From the NCBI GenBank assembly GCA_964291495.2, contig OZ219871.1, forward strand, positions 1,056,001 through 1,120,000: 64,000 nucleotides of DNA, in the 5' to 3' direction. The notes below the pieces were generated by a model, which worked only from the letters and a program-made list of their open reading frames with translations, searched no databases and was not told the origin of the DNA. This DNA is from Dehalococcoidia bacterium (GTDB lineage: Bacteria > Chloroflexota > Dehalococcoidia > UBA2979). Positions 47,477 through 58,869 of this stretch are shown piece after piece. The position numbers were made by a program, and so were the translations under genes. The number at the start of each line of letters is the position of its first letter. Position 1 is the stretch's first letter.

Positions 47477-47941
47477 CTACGGCTCGGCGGCCCAGCGCGC
47501 GAGCGCCTTGTCCGGCGCCCCGATCTCCTCGAGCGAGGTGTAGTACCAGTCCTCCCAGCCGTCCTCGGGGAGGCCGGTGAAGAGCATCAGGTTGAGCGGG
47601 TAGTGCTCGCTGTCCGTGGCGCGGCGCAGGTCGTCGCGGAAGAGGAACGTGGGCTTGCCGAGGGCGATCGCGATGCCCAGCTCCACCATGACGCCCTCGT
47701 CCGGCGGGACGCCGTTGACCACGGCGAAGATGGCGTCGGCGTCGACCACGTCGCGGACGTCGGCCTGCCCGATCCGGTAGGCCCAGCCCTGCTCCATGAG
47801 GTCCTGCTGGTTGTTGCGCGCGAACGGCTCCCAGACCTCCAGCCCCAGCGCCTCGAGGGCGGCGATGAACGGCGGCAGCAGCGTCGCCTTCTGCTGCGCG
47901 GAGAAGCCGTACGGGTTCGCGAGGTAGATGGTCTTCGTCAC
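47477..47941 (-). CDS. nucleoside 2-deoxyribosyltransferase family protein
   Basis: IYLANPYGF, DADAIFAVVNG..DEGVMVELG, YPLNLM. Confidence 0.88.
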   Translation of the reverse strand: MTKTIYLANPYGFSAQQKATLLPPFIAALEALGLEVWEPFARNNQQDLMEQGWAYRIGQADVRDVVDADAIFAVVNGVPPDEGVMVELGIAIALGKPTFLFRDDLRRATDSEHYPLNLMLFTGLPEDGWEDWYYTSLEEIGAPDKALARWAAEP

Positions 47942-47943
47942 GG

Positions 47944-48711
47944 CTACATGGACGAGTAGCCGCCGTCCACGGCGAGCACCGCGCCGGTGACGTAGTCGGA
48001 TGCGGAGCTCGCGAGGAACACCGCAGCTCCGTGCAACTCCTCGGGCTCACCCCAGCGGCCTGTCGGGATGCGGCGGTTGATCAGGTCGTACCGCTCCGGC
48101 TGGATGGTGGCAATCGGGGCGGTCAGCTCGGTCATGAACCAGCCGGGGAGGATCGCGTTCGATTGGATGTTGTCCCCTGCCCAGGCCACGGCCAGGCTCT
48201 TCGACAGTTGCACGATCCCTCCCTTGCTGGAGGAATACGGCGCACCGCTCCCGCCGCCGCCGAAGATCGAGAACATCGATCCGATGTGAATCAGCTTCCC
48301 CCCGCCCTGGGCCTTCATCGACGGATACACCGCCCTGGAGGCCAGGAAGGCCGCCCGCAGGTTGACGTCCAGCACGTGATCCCACTCGTCCGCCGGCAGG
48401 TCCTCGGGCTCCTTGCGCACGGTGACGCCCGCGTTGTTCACGAGGATGTCGACGCGCCCGAAGGCGTCCAGCGTCTGCGTCACCATGCCCTCGATCTCCG
48501 ACTCCTCGGTGACGTCGACGGCGATGCCCAGCGCCTGTGCGCCCGCTGCTTCGATTTGAGCCAGCGCCGCGGCCGTCTTGCCGGGATTGCGGGCCGCCAC
48601 GACGATGTTGGCCCCGGCGGCGGCCAGCCCGGTGGCCATTGCGAGGCCCAGCCCACCGTTACCGCCGGTGACGATCGCGACCTTGCCCTCGAGATCGAAC
48701 AACTGCTTCAT
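47944..48711 (-). CDS. SDR oxidoreductase (KduD/gluconate 5-dehydrogenase-like)
   Basis: TGGNGGLG, NNAG, YSSSKGG, VDGG. Confidence 0.9.
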   Translation of the reverse strand: MKQLFDLEGKVAIVTGGNGGLGLAMATGLAAAGANIVVAARNPGKTAAALAQIEAAGAQALGIAVDVTEESEIEGMVTQTLDAFGRVDILVNNAGVTVRKEPEDLPADEWDHVLDVNLRAAFLASRAVYPSMKAQGGGKLIHIGSMFSIFGGGGSGAPYSSSKGGIVQLSKSLAVAWAGDNIQSNAILPGWFMTELTAPIATIQPERYDLINRRIPTGRWGEPEELHGAAVFLASSASDYVTGAVLAVDGGYSSM

Positions 48712-48800
48712 GCGCACCTGCCTGTCTCCCGAGTGGCGACGAGGTCTTATCGCACAGCTGGACGAACGCCCGGCGGCGACGGCCAGAGCGGGGGTGAGGC

Positions 48801-49286
48801 TCAGTCGGCCTCCCAGGGCGCGCGGGTCGGCTTCGGCAGGCGCTCCTCGATCTCGCTGCCCGCGGCGTCAAGCTCCTCGTCCCGCAGCGTGTCCTGCAGC
48901 GTCTCGAAGAAGGTGCGCTCCTCCCAGCGGATGTGGGAGCGCAGCGACTCGCCGAAGAGCATGAGCGCCTCGCGCCGCGCCCTGGGGTTGCCCTCGTTGT
49001 CGCGCATCCAGGCGACGAGCGCCTCCATGCCGACGTGGTCGCGCAGCAGGCGCCGCACCCGCCGGTCGTCCGGCCCCGTGTGCCGCATCAACCGCGCGAG
49101 CAGGCACTCCGATTCGGCGTGGAAGTGCGGAAGCAAGCCGCGCGTCCAGAAGCGCAACAGATCGGCGTACAGCTCGCCGAGCGCGGCGTCGTCCGCCTCC
49201 GGCAACTCGCGCTCGATGCGCAGCGCAAAGGCGAGTCCGTGGTGGTGCTCCTCGGACAGTCGCCGCAGCCGCGAATCGCGCTCCAT
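48801..49286 (-). CDS. hemerythrin/HHE domain protein
   Basis: SEEHHHGL, HFHAESE, RDH, HIRWEER. Confidence 0.8.
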   Translation of the reverse strand: MERDSRLRRLSEEHHHGLAFALRIERELPEADDAALGELYADLLRFWTRGLLPHFHAESECLLARLMRHTGPDDRRVRRLLRDHVGMEALVAWMRDNEGNPRARREALMLFGESLRSHIRWEERTFFETLQDTLRDEELDAAGSEIEERLPKPTRAPWEAD

Positions 49287-49295
49287 CGGGTCTCC

Positions 49296-49778
49296 CTACT
49301 CTCGGTCGAGGTCGAAGGCGGCGTGGAGCGCCCGGACGGCTTCCCCCACCTGCGCCTCCCGCACGATACACGTAATCCGGATCTCCGAGGTGGAGATCAG
49401 CTCGATGTTGATGCCGTGCTCGAACAGCGTGCGGAACATCCGCGCGGCGAAGCCCGGACTCGTGCTCATCCCCGTGCCGACGATCGAGACGGATCCGAGG
49501 TCGGCGTCCGCCACCACCTCGCTGGCCTCGAGTTGGGGGAGGATCGATTCGACCACGCGCAGCGCCGGCTCGGCGTCTCCGCGATCGACGGTGAAGGTCA
49601 TGTCCGTGAGGTTCTCCACGCTCGCGTTCTGCACGATCGTATCGACCGAGACGCCGGCCTCGGCGAGCGGGGTGAAGAGCTGCGCCGCGATGCCGGGGCG
49701 GTCCGGCACCCCGCGCACCGTGATCTTCGCGATCGCCTGCTCGTGTGCGATGCCGCGCACCTTGTCGGCCTGCTCCAT
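49296..49778 (-). CDS. lysC: aspartate kinase regulatory (beta, ACT-ACT) portion
   Basis: VRGIA, VPDRPGIAA, VSIVGTGM, ISTSEIRI; own GAGGAG RBS and ATG. Confidence 0.88.
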   Translation of the reverse strand: MEQADKVRGIAHEQAIAKITVRGVPDRPGIAAQLFTPLAEAGVSVDTIVQNASVENLTDMTFTVDRGDAEPALRVVESILPQLEASEVVADADLGSVSIVGTGMSTSPGFAARMFRTLFEHGINIELISTSEIRITCIVREAQVGEAVRALHAAFDLDRE

Positions 49779-49795
49779 CGTGCTCTCCTCGTGGA

Positions 49796-50533
49796 TCAGC
49801 GTACCGGCGCGTCGACCTCGAAGCTGCTGGCGACGAGGATACGCACCCCGTAGAGCGCGCCTACCTCGACGGCCCGGGCGTGCATCACGCGCGCGCCCGT
49901 TGCCGCCAGCTCCAGCATCTCCTCGTAGCCGATGTCGCGCAGCGGGCGCGCCTGCGGGCAGATGCGCGGATCGGCCGTGTAGATGCCGGCGACGTCCGTG
50001 TAGATCTCGCAGCGATCGGCGCGCAGCGCCGCCGCCAGCGCCACCGCTGTCGTGTCGCTCCCGCCACGTCCCAGCGTCGTGATGTCGAAGTCGTCCGAGG
50101 CGCCCTGGAACCCGGCCACGATCACGATCCGCCCGGCCGCCAGCTCGCGCTCGATCCGCCCCGTCTCGATGTCCGCGATGCGCGCACGCCCGTAGACGGC
50201 GTCCGTGCGGATGCCGGCCTGCATGCCGCTCAGGCTGATCGCGTCGCGCCCCAGCTCGTGCAGCGCCATCGAGAGCAGCGTCGAGGAGACCGCCTCGCCC
50301 GTGGAGAACAGCATGTCCATCTCGCGCGGGCGCGGGCTGCTCGTAATCTCGTTCGCCAGCGCGATCAGCCGGTCCGTCGTGTCGCCCATCGCGGAGACGA
50401 CGGCGACGACGCGCTCGCCGCCCTCGGCGCGGGCGGCGATGCGGCTCGCGACGTGCGTGATGCGCGACGCGTCGGCGACGGAGCTGCCGCCGTACTTCTG
50501 GACCACCAGCGCGCCCGACGCGTCCGGCGCCAT
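49796..50533 (-). CDS. lysC: aspartate kinase catalytic portion, separated from the ACT part by a 1-nt frameshift
   Basis: [38 protein letters not shown]; stops at APVR* where PGTLI is expected. Confidence 0.88.
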   Translation of the reverse strand: MAPDASGALVVQKYGGSSVADASRITHVASRIAARAEGGERVVAVVSAMGDTTDRLIALANEITSSPRPREMDMLFSTGEAVSSTLLSMALHELGRDAISLSGMQAGIRTDAVYGRARIADIETGRIERELAAGRIVIVAGFQGASDDFDITTLGRGGSDTTAVALAAALRADRCEIYTDVAGIYTADPRICPQARPLRDIGYEEMLELAATGARVMHARAVEVGALYGVRILVASSFEVDAPVR

Positions 50534-51435
50534 CAGTCTCCGTCCGTCGAGACGACCTCGGCGCCCGCCGCCCGCGGCGCGCAGACGCGCGTGACGGCCT
50601 CGACGCCGCGAGCGGCGGCGGCGGCCCGCATGGCGCCCGCGATCTCCTCGAAGCGATCGGTCGCGAGGGCGGCGATCGTGGGGCCGCCGCCGGAGAGATA
50701 GACGCCGTGCGCGCCCGCGTCCCGCGCCGCCTGGAAGATCTGGTACATCGGCTCGAAGATCGTCGCGCGCGCCGGCTGGTGCAGCACGTCCTCCGTGGCG
50801 ATCTGCAGCAGGTCGTAGCGGCGCGCCTGCAAGGCCGCAAGCAGCAGCGCCGCGCGGCCGATGTTGTGCACCGCCTGGTTGCGCGTCAGCCGCTCCGGCA
50901 GTCTGCGCCGCGTCTCCTCGGTCGGCATCGAGAACGCCGGGATCAGCAGCACGAGCTGCAGCTCCTCCGGCAACTCGACGCCGATCTGCGTCACGCCCTT
51001 GCCTTCGTCCGTCTCGACGATCACGCGCAGCCCGCCGAACATCGCCGGCACGGCGTTGTCGGCGTGGCGTTCGAGCTGCACGGCCAGCGGCAGCAACACG
51101 TCCGGGTCGTACTCGCTGCCGATCAGCGCGTCGGCGGCCAGCAGCCCGCCGACGCGCGCGGCAGCCGAGATCCCGAGCCCGCGCCCCACCGGCAAGTCGG
51201 ACTCGTACGTCACCTCGATGCCTGCGGGCAGCGGGAGCGCGGCGCGCTCGTAGAGCAGCATCGCGGCGCGGGCCGCCATCGCGGGGATCGGGTCGGCGGG
51301 TGTATCGACGGGCTCATCGCTGAGCCGGAATTGCAGGCGCAGCGTCCAGTCGAGCGCGACGCCCAGGCTGTCGAAGCCCGGCCCGAGGTTCGCGGAGGTT
51401 GCGGGAACCTCGACGACGACTTCCCGGGCGACCAT
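50533..51435 (-). CDS. thrB: homoserine kinase
   Basis: [34 protein letters not shown]. Confidence 0.94.
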   Translation of the reverse strand: MVAREVVVEVPATSANLGPGFDSLGVALDWTLRLQFRLSDEPVDTPADPIPAMAARAAMLLYERAALPLPAGIEVTYESDLPVGRGLGISAAARVGGLLAADALIGSEYDPDVLLPLAVQLERHADNAVPAMFGGLRVIVETDEGKGVTQIGVELPEELQLVLLIPAFSMPTEETRRRLPERLTRNQAVHNIGRAALLLAALQARRYDLLQIATEDVLHQPARATIFEPMYQIFQAARDAGAHGVYLSGGGPTIAALATDRFEEIAGAMRAAAAARGVEAVTRVCAPRAAGAEVVSTDGD

Positions 51436-51448
51436 TGCCGCCCCGGAC

Positions 51449-52624
51449 CTAGTTCAGCCGCTCGAAGATCGAGGCGATGCCCTGGCCGCCACCGATGCAG
51501 AGCGTGACGAGGCCGTAGCGGCCGCCGCTGCGCTCCAGTTCGTGCATCGCCTTCACGGTCAGGATCGTGCCGCTCGCGCCCACGGGGTGCCCGAGGGCGA
51601 TCGCCCCGCCGTTCGGGTTCGTACGCTCGTCCGGCAGCCCGAGCGAGGTGCTGCACGCAGCCGCGACGGCCGCGAACGCCTCGTTCAGCTCGATCGTGTC
51701 GAGGTCGTCGACGCTGAGACCGGCCCGCTCGAGCGCGCGCTCGGAGGCCGGGATCGGGCCTGAGCCCATGATCCGGCCCTCGACGCCCGCCTCGGCGCGG
51801 GAGACGAGGCGCAGCCGCGGCGTCAGGCCCAGCTCGGCGGCCTTGCGTGCGGTGGTGACGACCACGGCCGCCGCGCCGTCGTTGATGCCGGAGGCGTTGC
51901 CGGCGGTGACGGCACCGTCCGCCTTGAAGGCCGGGCGCAGCCTGCCAAGCGCCTCGAGGTCCGTGCCGCGAGGGTGCTCGTCCGTGTCGAAGGTCACGGT
52001 GTTGCGGCCCTGGCGCACCTCCAGCGGGAGGATCTGGTCCTTGAAGCGGCCAGCCTCGATCGCCGCGAGCGCGCGCTCCTGCGACTTCAGCGCGTACTCG
52101 TCCTGGACCGTGCGGGACACCTCGAACTGCTCGGCGAGGTTCTCCGCGGTGATGCCCATGTGGCACTGCTCGTGCGGGTCCGAGATGAGGTGCAGCAGGT
52201 TGTCCTCGAGCGTGTCGTGACCGAGGCGGTAGCCGGTGCGGCCCTTGCGCAGCAGGTAGGGCGCCATGCTCATGTTCTCGGCGCCACCCGCGACGATGAT
52301 CTCGGCGTCGCCGGTCTGCAGCCAGCGGGCGGCGGTGTTGATCGCCTCGAGCCCGGAGCCGCAGATGCGGTTCACGGTGTAGGCCGGCGTGTCGATCGGC
52401 AGCCCCGCCTTGAGCGTGGCGACGCGCGAGATGTAGCCGTCCTCGGCGACCTGCCCGACGCAGCCGAGGATCACCTGATCGACCTGCTCGCCCTCGATGC
52501 CGGCGCGGGCTACGGCCTCCCTGATCACCGCCGCAGCGAGGTCCGAGGCGGGAGTCTGGCTGAGCGTCCCGTTCATCGTGCCGATGGCGGTGCGGACACC
52601 GCTGATGATGACAACGTCATCCAT
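51449..52624 (-). CDS. acetyl-CoA C-acyltransferase (thiolase)
   Basis: NRICGSGL, NEAFA, GHPVGASG, LCIGGGQG. Confidence 0.95.
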   Translation of the reverse strand: MDDVVIISGVRTAIGTMNGTLSQTPASDLAAAVIREAVARAGIEGEQVDQVILGCVGQVAEDGYISRVATLKAGLPIDTPAYTVNRICGSGLEAINTAARWLQTGDAEIIVAGGAENMSMAPYLLRKGRTGYRLGHDTLEDNLLHLISDPHEQCHMGITAENLAEQFEVSRTVQDEYALKSQERALAAIEAGRFKDQILPLEVRQGRNTVTFDTDEHPRGTDLEALGRLRPAFKADGAVTAGNASGINDGAAAVVVTTARKAAELGLTPRLRLVSRAEAGVEGRIMGSGPIPASERALERAGLSVDDLDTIELNEAFAAVAAACSTSLGLPDERTNPNGGAIALGHPVGASGTILTVKAMHELERSGGRYGLVTLCIGGGQGIASIFERLN

Positions 52625-52760
52625 GCCGAGGCCCCCTTTTTGGGTACGCCGCTGCGATTCCGGCGCAGTCTACATGAGCAATACGCAGAGATCGCCCCAT
52701 CCGGATGCACAAGCCGTGCACAGATCGCCAGCTATTCCGGAGGGATTCCAGCCCGGCGGC

Positions 52761-53453
52761 TCACGCCTCGGCGAGTCGCTCCACGCTCTCCCACGCCGCC
52801 TCGGCGAGCGCGTCCGGCGGCTGGGTTGCGTCCAGCACGAGCCAGCGCCCGGAGCCGGCCTCCGCCTCGGCCAGGTAGCCGGTGCGGACGCGGCGATGGA
52901 AGTCCAGCGGCTCCCGCTCCAGGTAGTCGGTCACGCGGCCGACCCGGCGCAACCCCTCGAACGGCGGCAGGTCCAGCAACACCGTCAGATCGGGCATCAG
53001 CCCGCCCGTGGCGACCGCGTTCGCGGCGTCCACCGCCTCGCGCTCGATGCCGCGGCCGTAGTGCTGGTAGGCGACCGTCGAGTCGGCGTAGCGGTCGCAG
53101 AGCACGAGCGCACCGCGCTCGAGGGCCGGGCGGATCACTTCCGCGACGATCTGCGCGCGCGCCGCCGCGAACACCAGCAGCTCAGCTCGTGCGTCCGGCG
53201 GCTCGGTGGAGGGCGCGCCCAGCAGCGCCTCGCGCAGCCGCTCGCCCAGCCACGTGCCTCCGGGCTCCCGGCACGTCACCACCTGGTCGCCGGTGTCGTT
53301 CGTTCGGGCCTGGAGGAGGGGCAGCAGCCGTGAACCGCCCGTGCTCCCGTCATCCCCGCGAGCGCGCTCCGCGAGCGTGGCCAGCAGTGTGGACTTGCCG
53401 GCACCCTCGCCGCCCTCGAACGTGACGAAGCAGCCTGCCCGTGGTCCGCTCAT
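52761..53453 (-). CDS. tmk: thymidylate kinase
   Basis: [37 protein letters not shown]. Confidence 0.94.
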   Translation of the reverse strand: MSGPRAGCFVTFEGGEGAGKSTLLATLAERARGDDGSTGGSRLLPLLQARTNDTGDQVVTCREPGGTWLGERLREALLGAPSTEPPDARAELLVFAAARAQIVAEVIRPALERGALVLCDRYADSTVAYQHYGRGIEREAVDAANAVATGGLMPDLTVLLDLPPFEGLRRVGRVTDYLEREPLDFHRRVRTGYLAEAEAGSGRWLVLDATQPPDALAEAAWESVERLAEA

Positions 53454-55078
53454 CGGCTCTCCTCCAGGATCTGGGCGCCGCGCGGCCAGGGCGGGGGAGC
53501 CCCGGCGCCGGGCCCAGGCCCGACGAGCACCCGCCGGTAGGGCTCGCGCCCGCGCGAGGACGAACTCGCCCCGTGGCGCGCCGCCAGCTCGTGCTGCAGG
53601 CGGCGGATGTAGGAGTTCTGCGGCGTCAGCTCGATGCGCTGCTCGCCGCCATGGCTGACCGCGGCGATCGCGTCCTCGGCCTCGCGCAGCGCCGCCGTCG
53701 TCGGGTCGGCGCCCTCGCCGTCGCCGCGCATGCGCAGCAGCGCGCCGGCCATCTGCGTCACGGTGTTGTTGCGCAGCACCAGCACCGGGACGCCGCGCGC
53801 CTCCGCCTCGCGCAGCGGACCGCTGCGCCGCCGGTAGTAGGGGCGCAACGTCAGCACCGCGTCCGCGTCGGCGAGGCGATCGACCACCTCGGCCTGCGAT
53901 CGCGTCGAGGTGATCGCCTCCTCCAGCCGCGCCCGGCTCACGCCGAAGGGCAACAGCCGCCGCGGTGGACCGCCGGGGGCGGGGGTGAGCAGGCGCGGCT
54001 CCCGAGGCGACTCGTCGCGCTCGCTCGCCAGTGATTCGTGCGCACTCGGCGTGACGCTGACGCGCTCGACCTGCGCCACCTCGCCGACGCTGCCCAGCGT
54101 ACGCACCTCGGCGTCCGCATCGAAGCCGCGCAGCAGCTTGTCCACCGTCGCGCCGATGTCCTCGTGCACCGCGACTCGCACGAACGACTGGATCTCGACG
54201 AGCGAGTTGAAGGTCGGCGGCGCGCGGCGCTCCAGCACCGTCTTCTGCGTGCCGCGCCGGCGCGCCTCCTCGTCGCCGAGCGTGACCGATTCGATGCCGC
54301 CGATCAGGTCGGACAGCGTCGGGTTCTGCATCAGGTTGTGCAGCGTGTTGCCGTGCGCCGTGCCGATCAGCTGCACCCCGCGCTCGGCGATCGTGCGCGC
54401 CGCCGTCGCCTCGAGGCTGGCGCCGATCTCGTCGATCACGATCACCTCGGGCATGTGGTTCTCGACCGCCTCGATCATCACCTGGTGTTGCAGCTCCGGC
54501 TTCGGCACCTGCATCCGCCGCGCGCTGCCGATGCCGTGGTGCGGGATGTCGCCGTCGCCGCCGATCTCGTTCGAGGTGTCGACGATCACGACGCGGCGGC
54601 CCAGCTCGTCGGCGAGCACGCGCGCCGCCTCGCGCAGCATCGTCGTCTTCCCGACCCCCGGCGCGCCGAGCAGGAGCACGCTGCGGCCGGACTCGACGAG
54701 ATCGAGGATTGCGCCAGCCGATCCGGTGACGGCGCGCCCGACCCGGCAGGTCAGCCCGACGATCCGGCCGCGGCGATTGCGGATCGCCGAGATGCGGTGC
54801 AGCGTCCTCGGAATCCCCGCGCGGTTGTCGTCGCCGAACTCGGAGACCGAGGCGACGACGTGGTCGATGTCCTGCTCCGTGACTTCGCCCTCGTCGAGCG
54901 CCAGCTCGCGGTCGCTGTAGCGCGCCGTCGGCGGCCGCCCGAGGTCGAGCACCACCTCGAGCAGCCCGTCGCCGTCCGCGGCGCCGTCGTCCTGGGCGGT
55001 CAGCGCCGTGGCGACGCGCGGCGGCAGCGCCGCGACCAGCAGCTCGCGCTCGATGCGGTCGTCGAAGCCGTCGGCCAC
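53450..55078 (-). CDS. Ycf45/SpoIIIAA-like AAA ATPase with C-terminal R3H domain
   Basis: [48 protein letters not shown]. Confidence 0.9.
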   Translation of the reverse strand: MADGFDDRIERELLVAALPPRVATALTAQDDGAADGDGLLEVVLDLGRPPTARYSDRELALDEGEVTEQDIDHVVASVSEFGDDNRAGIPRTLHRISAIRNRRGRIVGLTCRVGRAVTGSAGAILDLVESGRSVLLLGAPGVGKTTMLREAARVLADELGRRVVIVDTSNEIGGDGDIPHHGIGSARRMQVPKPELQHQVMIEAVENHMPEVIVIDEIGASLEATAARTIAERGVQLIGTAHGNTLHNLMQNPTLSDLIGGIESVTLGDEEARRRGTQKTVLERRAPPTFNSLVEIQSFVRVAVHEDIGATVDKLLRGFDADAEVRTLGSVGEVAQVERVSVTPSAHESLASERDESPREPRLLTPAPGGPPRRLLPFGVSRARLEEAITSTRSQAEVVDRLADADAVLTLRPYYRRRSGPLREAEARGVPVLVLRNNTVTQMAGALLRMRGDGEGADPTTAALREAEDAIAAVSHGGEQRIELTPQNSYIRRLQHELAARHGASSSSRGREPYRRVLVGPGPGAGAPPPWPRGAQILEESR

Positions 55079-55082
55079 CTCG

Positions 55083-56018
55083 TTACCCTCCGGCCGGCGC
55101 GGCCACGCCCACGGTGGCGGGCACGGCCTCCTCAACGGGCTGCGTGAGCCGGCGGCTCAGCAGCACGTACTCCTCCTGCAGCTCGAAGCCCACGCCCGCG
55201 AGCGCGCCCTCGACGGCGGTCGAACCCGCAGGCGTGAGCGCGAACAGCGGCTCGCCCTGCGTCAGGCGCGGCCAGGCGCTGCGCAGCAGCGCGCTCGCCG
55301 CCTCGCCGCTCGCGGCCTGCAGCTCGAGCTGCTCGCCGCCCTGGCAGCGACCGAGGCTGAGGCAGCCGGCGATGCGTCCACCCTCGATTGCCACGGTCTC
55401 GCGCGGGCGGCGGCTCAGCCACTGCTGCTCGAGCATCGCGCGCCACTGCTCGTAGGTCGGCGCGAGCACGCGCCGGGCGGCCGGCGGCAGCAGGCGCTGG
55501 CAGAGCTGGAAGCGCCCAAACCAGTCGCTCTCCCCGGCCTCGCGCACGTCCAGCGAGGACTGCCGCGCGGAGGCCGGCATCCGCCCCGCCGTCGGGGCGC
55601 GCCAGAGCCGCTCGGCGAGCACCGGATCGAAGCCGTGCGCGCGCACCTCGGCGACCGCGTCGCCGAACGCCGCCGGCATGCGCAGCAGCAGCATGCGCAC
55701 CTCGGAGCGCAGCGCCTCTTCCTCGGCCTGCGCGAGCAGCGCGCCGAGCACCGCGCCGTCCCCGTCGCCGGCGTCGATCAGCGTGTCGATCTGCCAGGCG
55801 TCCGGCCCGGCGAGTGGGCGCGCAGTGGCGATCCCGTGGATCTGCCTGCCGCGCACCTCGAGCCAGAGGTCGCGCCGCCGCAGCCAGTGCGTGAGCGCCG
55901 CGGCGAGGGCGTGCGGGGCCTGCTGCGGCTTGCCCAGCCGCTCGCGCGTGATCGCGAGGTTCGGGTAGACCGCTCCCTCGAACGTAACGAGGGCAATCAG
56001 ATCGCCGGGGCCGATCAC
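55083..56018 (-). CDS. hypothetical protein, probable tandem GNAT-like fold
   Basis: [17 protein letters not shown] and AGVGF repeats; fits the pdxST-ycf45-tmk operon. Confidence 0.6.
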   Translation of the reverse strand: MIGPGDLIALVTFEGAVYPNLAITRERLGKPQQAPHALAAALTHWLRRRDLWLEVRGRQIHGIATARPLAGPDAWQIDTLIDAGDGDGAVLGALLAQAEEEALRSEVRMLLLRMPAAFGDAVAEVRAHGFDPVLAERLWRAPTAGRMPASARQSSLDVREAGESDWFGRFQLCQRLLPPAARRVLAPTYEQWRAMLEQQWLSRRPRETVAIEGGRIAGCLSLGRCQGGEQLELQAASGEAASALLRSAWPRLTQGEPLFALTPAGSTAVEGALAGVGFELQEEYVLLSRRLTQPVEEAVPATVGVAAPAGG

Positions 56019-56665
56019 GCGCTCAGCTCCTCCGCCCGCACGCGGCGCTCGTGCGCCACGTCTAGCCGTTCTCCCACCATCGCGGCGAACATCGCGTGCA
56101 GCCGCGGGTCGTCCGTCAGCTCCGGGTGGAACGTCGTCGCCAGCAATGCGCCCGCGCGGCAGGCCGCGATCGAGCCGTCATCGAGGCGCGCGAGCACTTC
56201 AACGCCCGGACCGGTCTCGACAATCGCCGGGGCGCGGATGAAGACGCCGCGGAAGGGGCCGCCCTCGAGGCCGGCGATCTCGAGGTCGGCCTCGAAGGAG
56301 TCGAGCTGCCGCCCGAAGGCGTTGCGCTCGACGGTGATGTCGAGCACGCCGAGCGTCGGGCGGTCCAGCCCCGGCGCGCGCTCGGCGAGCAAGATCGCGC
56401 CCGCGCAGGTGCCCCAGACCGGCAGGCCCGAGGCGATCCGCTCGCGCAGCGGCTCGCGCAGCCCGAAGGCGAGCAGCAGCCGCGCGATCGTCGTGCTCTC
56501 GCCGCCGGGGATGATCAGCCCGTCGGCAGCGTCCAGCTGCTCCAGCGTGCGCACCTCGAACGCGGGCAGGTCGAGCGCGGCGAGGCTGGCGACGTGCTCG
56601 CGGAAGTCGCCCTGCAGGGCGAGTACGCCGATCCGGGGACGCCTGGCGCTCGCTGGTGCGGCCAC
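56015..56665 (-). CDS. pdxT: PLP synthase glutaminase subunit
   Basis: GVLALQGDFREH, PGGEST, GTCAG, RNAFGRQ, FHPELT. Confidence 0.95.
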   Translation of the reverse strand: MAAPASARRPRIGVLALQGDFREHVASLAALDLPAFEVRTLEQLDAADGLIIPGGESTTIARLLLAFGLREPLRERIASGLPVWGTCAGAILLAERAPGLDRPTLGVLDITVERNAFGRQLDSFEADLEIAGLEGGPFRGVFIRAPAIVETGPGVEVLARLDDGSIAACRAGALLATTFHPELTDDPRLHAMFAAMVGERLDVAHERRVRAEELSA

Positions 56666-56673
56666 GGCTGGTC

Positions 56674-57600
56674 CTAGTTGCCGCGGACCGCCAGCTGCTC
56701 CGCCGGCGGCAACGCGGACGCGGACTGCCCGCGCATCGGCTCGCCAATCTCGCGCGAGACCTCCGCGAGCATCGCGGGATCCTCGAAGTGGGTCACGGCC
56801 TTCACGATCGCCGCCGCCATCTCCGCCGGCTGCTCCGACTTGAAGATGCCGGAGCCGACGAAGACGCCGTCCGCGCCGAGCTGCATCATCAGTGCGGCGT
56901 CGGCCGGCGTGGCGACGCCGCCCGCCGAGAAGTTGACGACGGGCAGGCGGCCGAGCCGCCTGACCTCCTCCACCAGCTCCAGCGGCGCGCCGAGTTCCTT
57001 GGCGTGCGAGGCCAGCTCCTCGTCGCGCAGGCCCTCGATGCGGCGGATGCCGCCCCAGACGGCGCGCATGTGGCGCACCGCCTCCACGATGTCGCCGGTG
57101 CCGGCCTCGCCCTTGGTGCGGATCATCGCTGCGCCCTCGGCGATCCGGCGCAGCGCCTCGCCCAGGTCGCGGCAGCCGCAGACGAAGGGCACGCGAAAGC
57201 CGCGCTTGTCGATGTGATGGGCCTCGTCCGCCGGGGTCAGCACCTCCGACTCGTCGATGTAGTCCACGCCGATCGCCTCGAGGATCTGCGCCTCGACGAA
57301 GTGGCCGATGCGCGCCTTGGCCATGACGGGGATCGTGACGGACTGGCAGATCTCCTCGATCAGCGCGACGTGGCTCATGCGCGCGACGCCGCCGGCGGCG
57401 CGGATGTCGCTCGGCACGCGCTCGAGGGCCATCACCGCCGCCGCGCCCGCCTCCTCGGCGATGCGCGCGTGCTCGGCCGTGACCACGTCCATGATCACGC
57501 CGCCCTTGAGCATCTGCGCGAGCCCGGCCTTCACGCGCCAGGTAGCCGTCTCGCCTCGCTCGTTCGCCTCGTCGACGCGGTTTCCGTTGGTGGTCGCCAT
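56674..57600 (-). CDS. pdxS: PLP synthase subunit
   Basis: [39 protein letters not shown]. Confidence 0.97.
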   Translation of the reverse strand: MATTNGNRVDEANERGETATWRVKAGLAQMLKGGVIMDVVTAEHARIAEEAGAAAVMALERVPSDIRAAGGVARMSHVALIEEICQSVTIPVMAKARIGHFVEAQILEAIGVDYIDESEVLTPADEAHHIDKRGFRVPFVCGCRDLGEALRRIAEGAAMIRTKGEAGTGDIVEAVRHMRAVWGGIRRIEGLRDEELASHAKELGAPLELVEEVRRLGRLPVVNFSAGGVATPADAALMMQLGADGVFVGSGIFKSEQPAEMAAAIVKAVTHFEDPAMLAEVSREIGEPMRGQSASALPPAEQLAVRGN

Positions 57601-57671
57601 GACGCTCCCGTACGCCGTCGCGTAGTTGCGCCCTCCATTGTAGCCGAGGACTCCGCGCTGTCGGGGGCCGA

Positions 57672-57866
57672 CCAAGCCCGATCCGGCCCCCTCTCCCTGG
57701 GGAGAGGGCGGGGGTGAGGGGGAAGACTCCCGCGCCCCTTCGAGAGCCCCGACGGCGCAACGAACTCCAGAGGGCGGATCCTCCCTCACCCTGACCCTCT
57801 CCTCGGGGAGAGGGGACCGGAGGCGATGCGCTCGCTGCCCCGAGGAGAGGGTTACGCGAAGGTCAC
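57672..57866. repeat. composite hairpin repeat / MITE-like element, copy C
   Basis: two inverted CCCTCACCC..CTCTCC..GGGAGAGG units around the shared spacer; ends with GTTACGCGAAGGTCAC. Confidence 0.85.
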
Positions 57867-57956
57867 CTTCGCAGCGCCCCGAACGCGGTCCGCGCCGCGC
57901 AGGCGGCGATTCGGACGTAGAATGGGCGGAGGCCGCGATCGACGCCTCGCGACACG

Positions 57957-58367
57957 TTGCGAGGGGAGGACGCCACGGCACAGCACCCCGACGCACCGTC
58001 CGCGCAGCCTGCGCCCAACGATCCGGAACCGGACGAGGCCGCGCCGCTGCGCCCTCCGGCGCCGCTGATCCCGCGCGCCGCGGCGTCCCCGGACGACGCC
58101 CCCGAGGACGAGCCGCCCGCCGGCGCGCCCTACGCGGACCTCGTCGCCGCCGCCGAGGACACCGACCCCGAGCCGCAGCCAGCGGCGCAGCCGGACCCGG
58201 GGCAGCGCAGGCGACACCTGATCGTGGCGTCGCTGGCTACGGGCGTGGGCGCGGCGGCGATCGTCTCCAGCGTCGCGGCCGGCGACATCGTCTCGATCAC
58301 CTCGTTCGCCGGGGTGCTGTTCCTCGCGGTTGCCGCCGCGCGCTACAGTCTGGCGCGCAGCGCCTGA
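57957..58367 (+). CDS. hypothetical membrane protein (Pro/acidic N-terminus, two C-terminal TM helices)
   Basis: composition and position at the head of the USP-trkA operon; start uncertain. Confidence 0.6.
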   Translation: MRGEDATAQHPDAPSAQPAPNDPEPDEAAPLRPPAPLIPRAAASPDDAPEDEPPAGAPYADLVAAAEDTDPEPQPAAQPDPGQRRRHLIVASLATGVGAAAIVSSVAAGDIVSITSFAGVLFLAVAAARYSLARSA

Positions 58368-58386
58368 CCGGACGCGGGGAGACAGC

Positions 58387-58860
58387 GTGGCCAGACCCGA
58401 GAGCACCCGCCGCGTCGAGCAACTGCTCGTACCCCTCGACGGCTCGGAGGCCGCCTACCAGGCGCTCGGCGCCGCCTGCGACATCGCCCGGATCCATCGC
58501 GCCAGCGTCACCTCGCTGTACGTGATCGAGGTGCCGCGCACGCTCCCCCTCGACGCCGAACTCGCGCGCGACTTCGACCGCGGGGAGGCGATCCTCTCGC
58601 GGGCCGAGGAGGTCGCCCGCGACCACCGGGTTCCGCTGGAAGGCTCGATGTGCCAGGCGCGCCAGGCCGGCCACGCCGTCGTCGACGAGGCGATCGAGCG
58701 CAACTCCGACGCGATCGTCGTCGGCGTCGGGTACGAGCGGCCCTACGGCCGCTTCCGCCTGGGACGCCTGCCGCAGTACGTGCTCGCGCACGCGCCCTGC
58801 GAGGTCTGGCTCTTCCGCTACACGCCGGAGGAGGCAGCCGACGGGAGCGGCTTGGCGTAG
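58387..58860 (+). CDS. universal stress protein
   Basis: LLVPLDGSE, DAIVVG, LGRLPQYVLAHAPCEV. Confidence 0.9.
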   Translation: MARPESTRRVEQLLVPLDGSEAAYQALGAACDIARIHRASVTSLYVIEVPRTLPLDAELARDFDRGEAILSRAEEVARDHRVPLEGSMCQARQAGHAVVDEAIERNSDAIVVGVGYERPYGRFRLGRLPQYVLAHAPCEVWLFRYTPEEAADGSGLA

Positions 58861-58869
58861 GCTACAGCC

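Noticed and set aside
49796-49810. Programmed frameshift or selenocysteine read-through in aspartate kinase
   Set aside because: No slippery sequence or SECIS-like hairpin; the continuation is in another frame, so TGA read-through would not restore it
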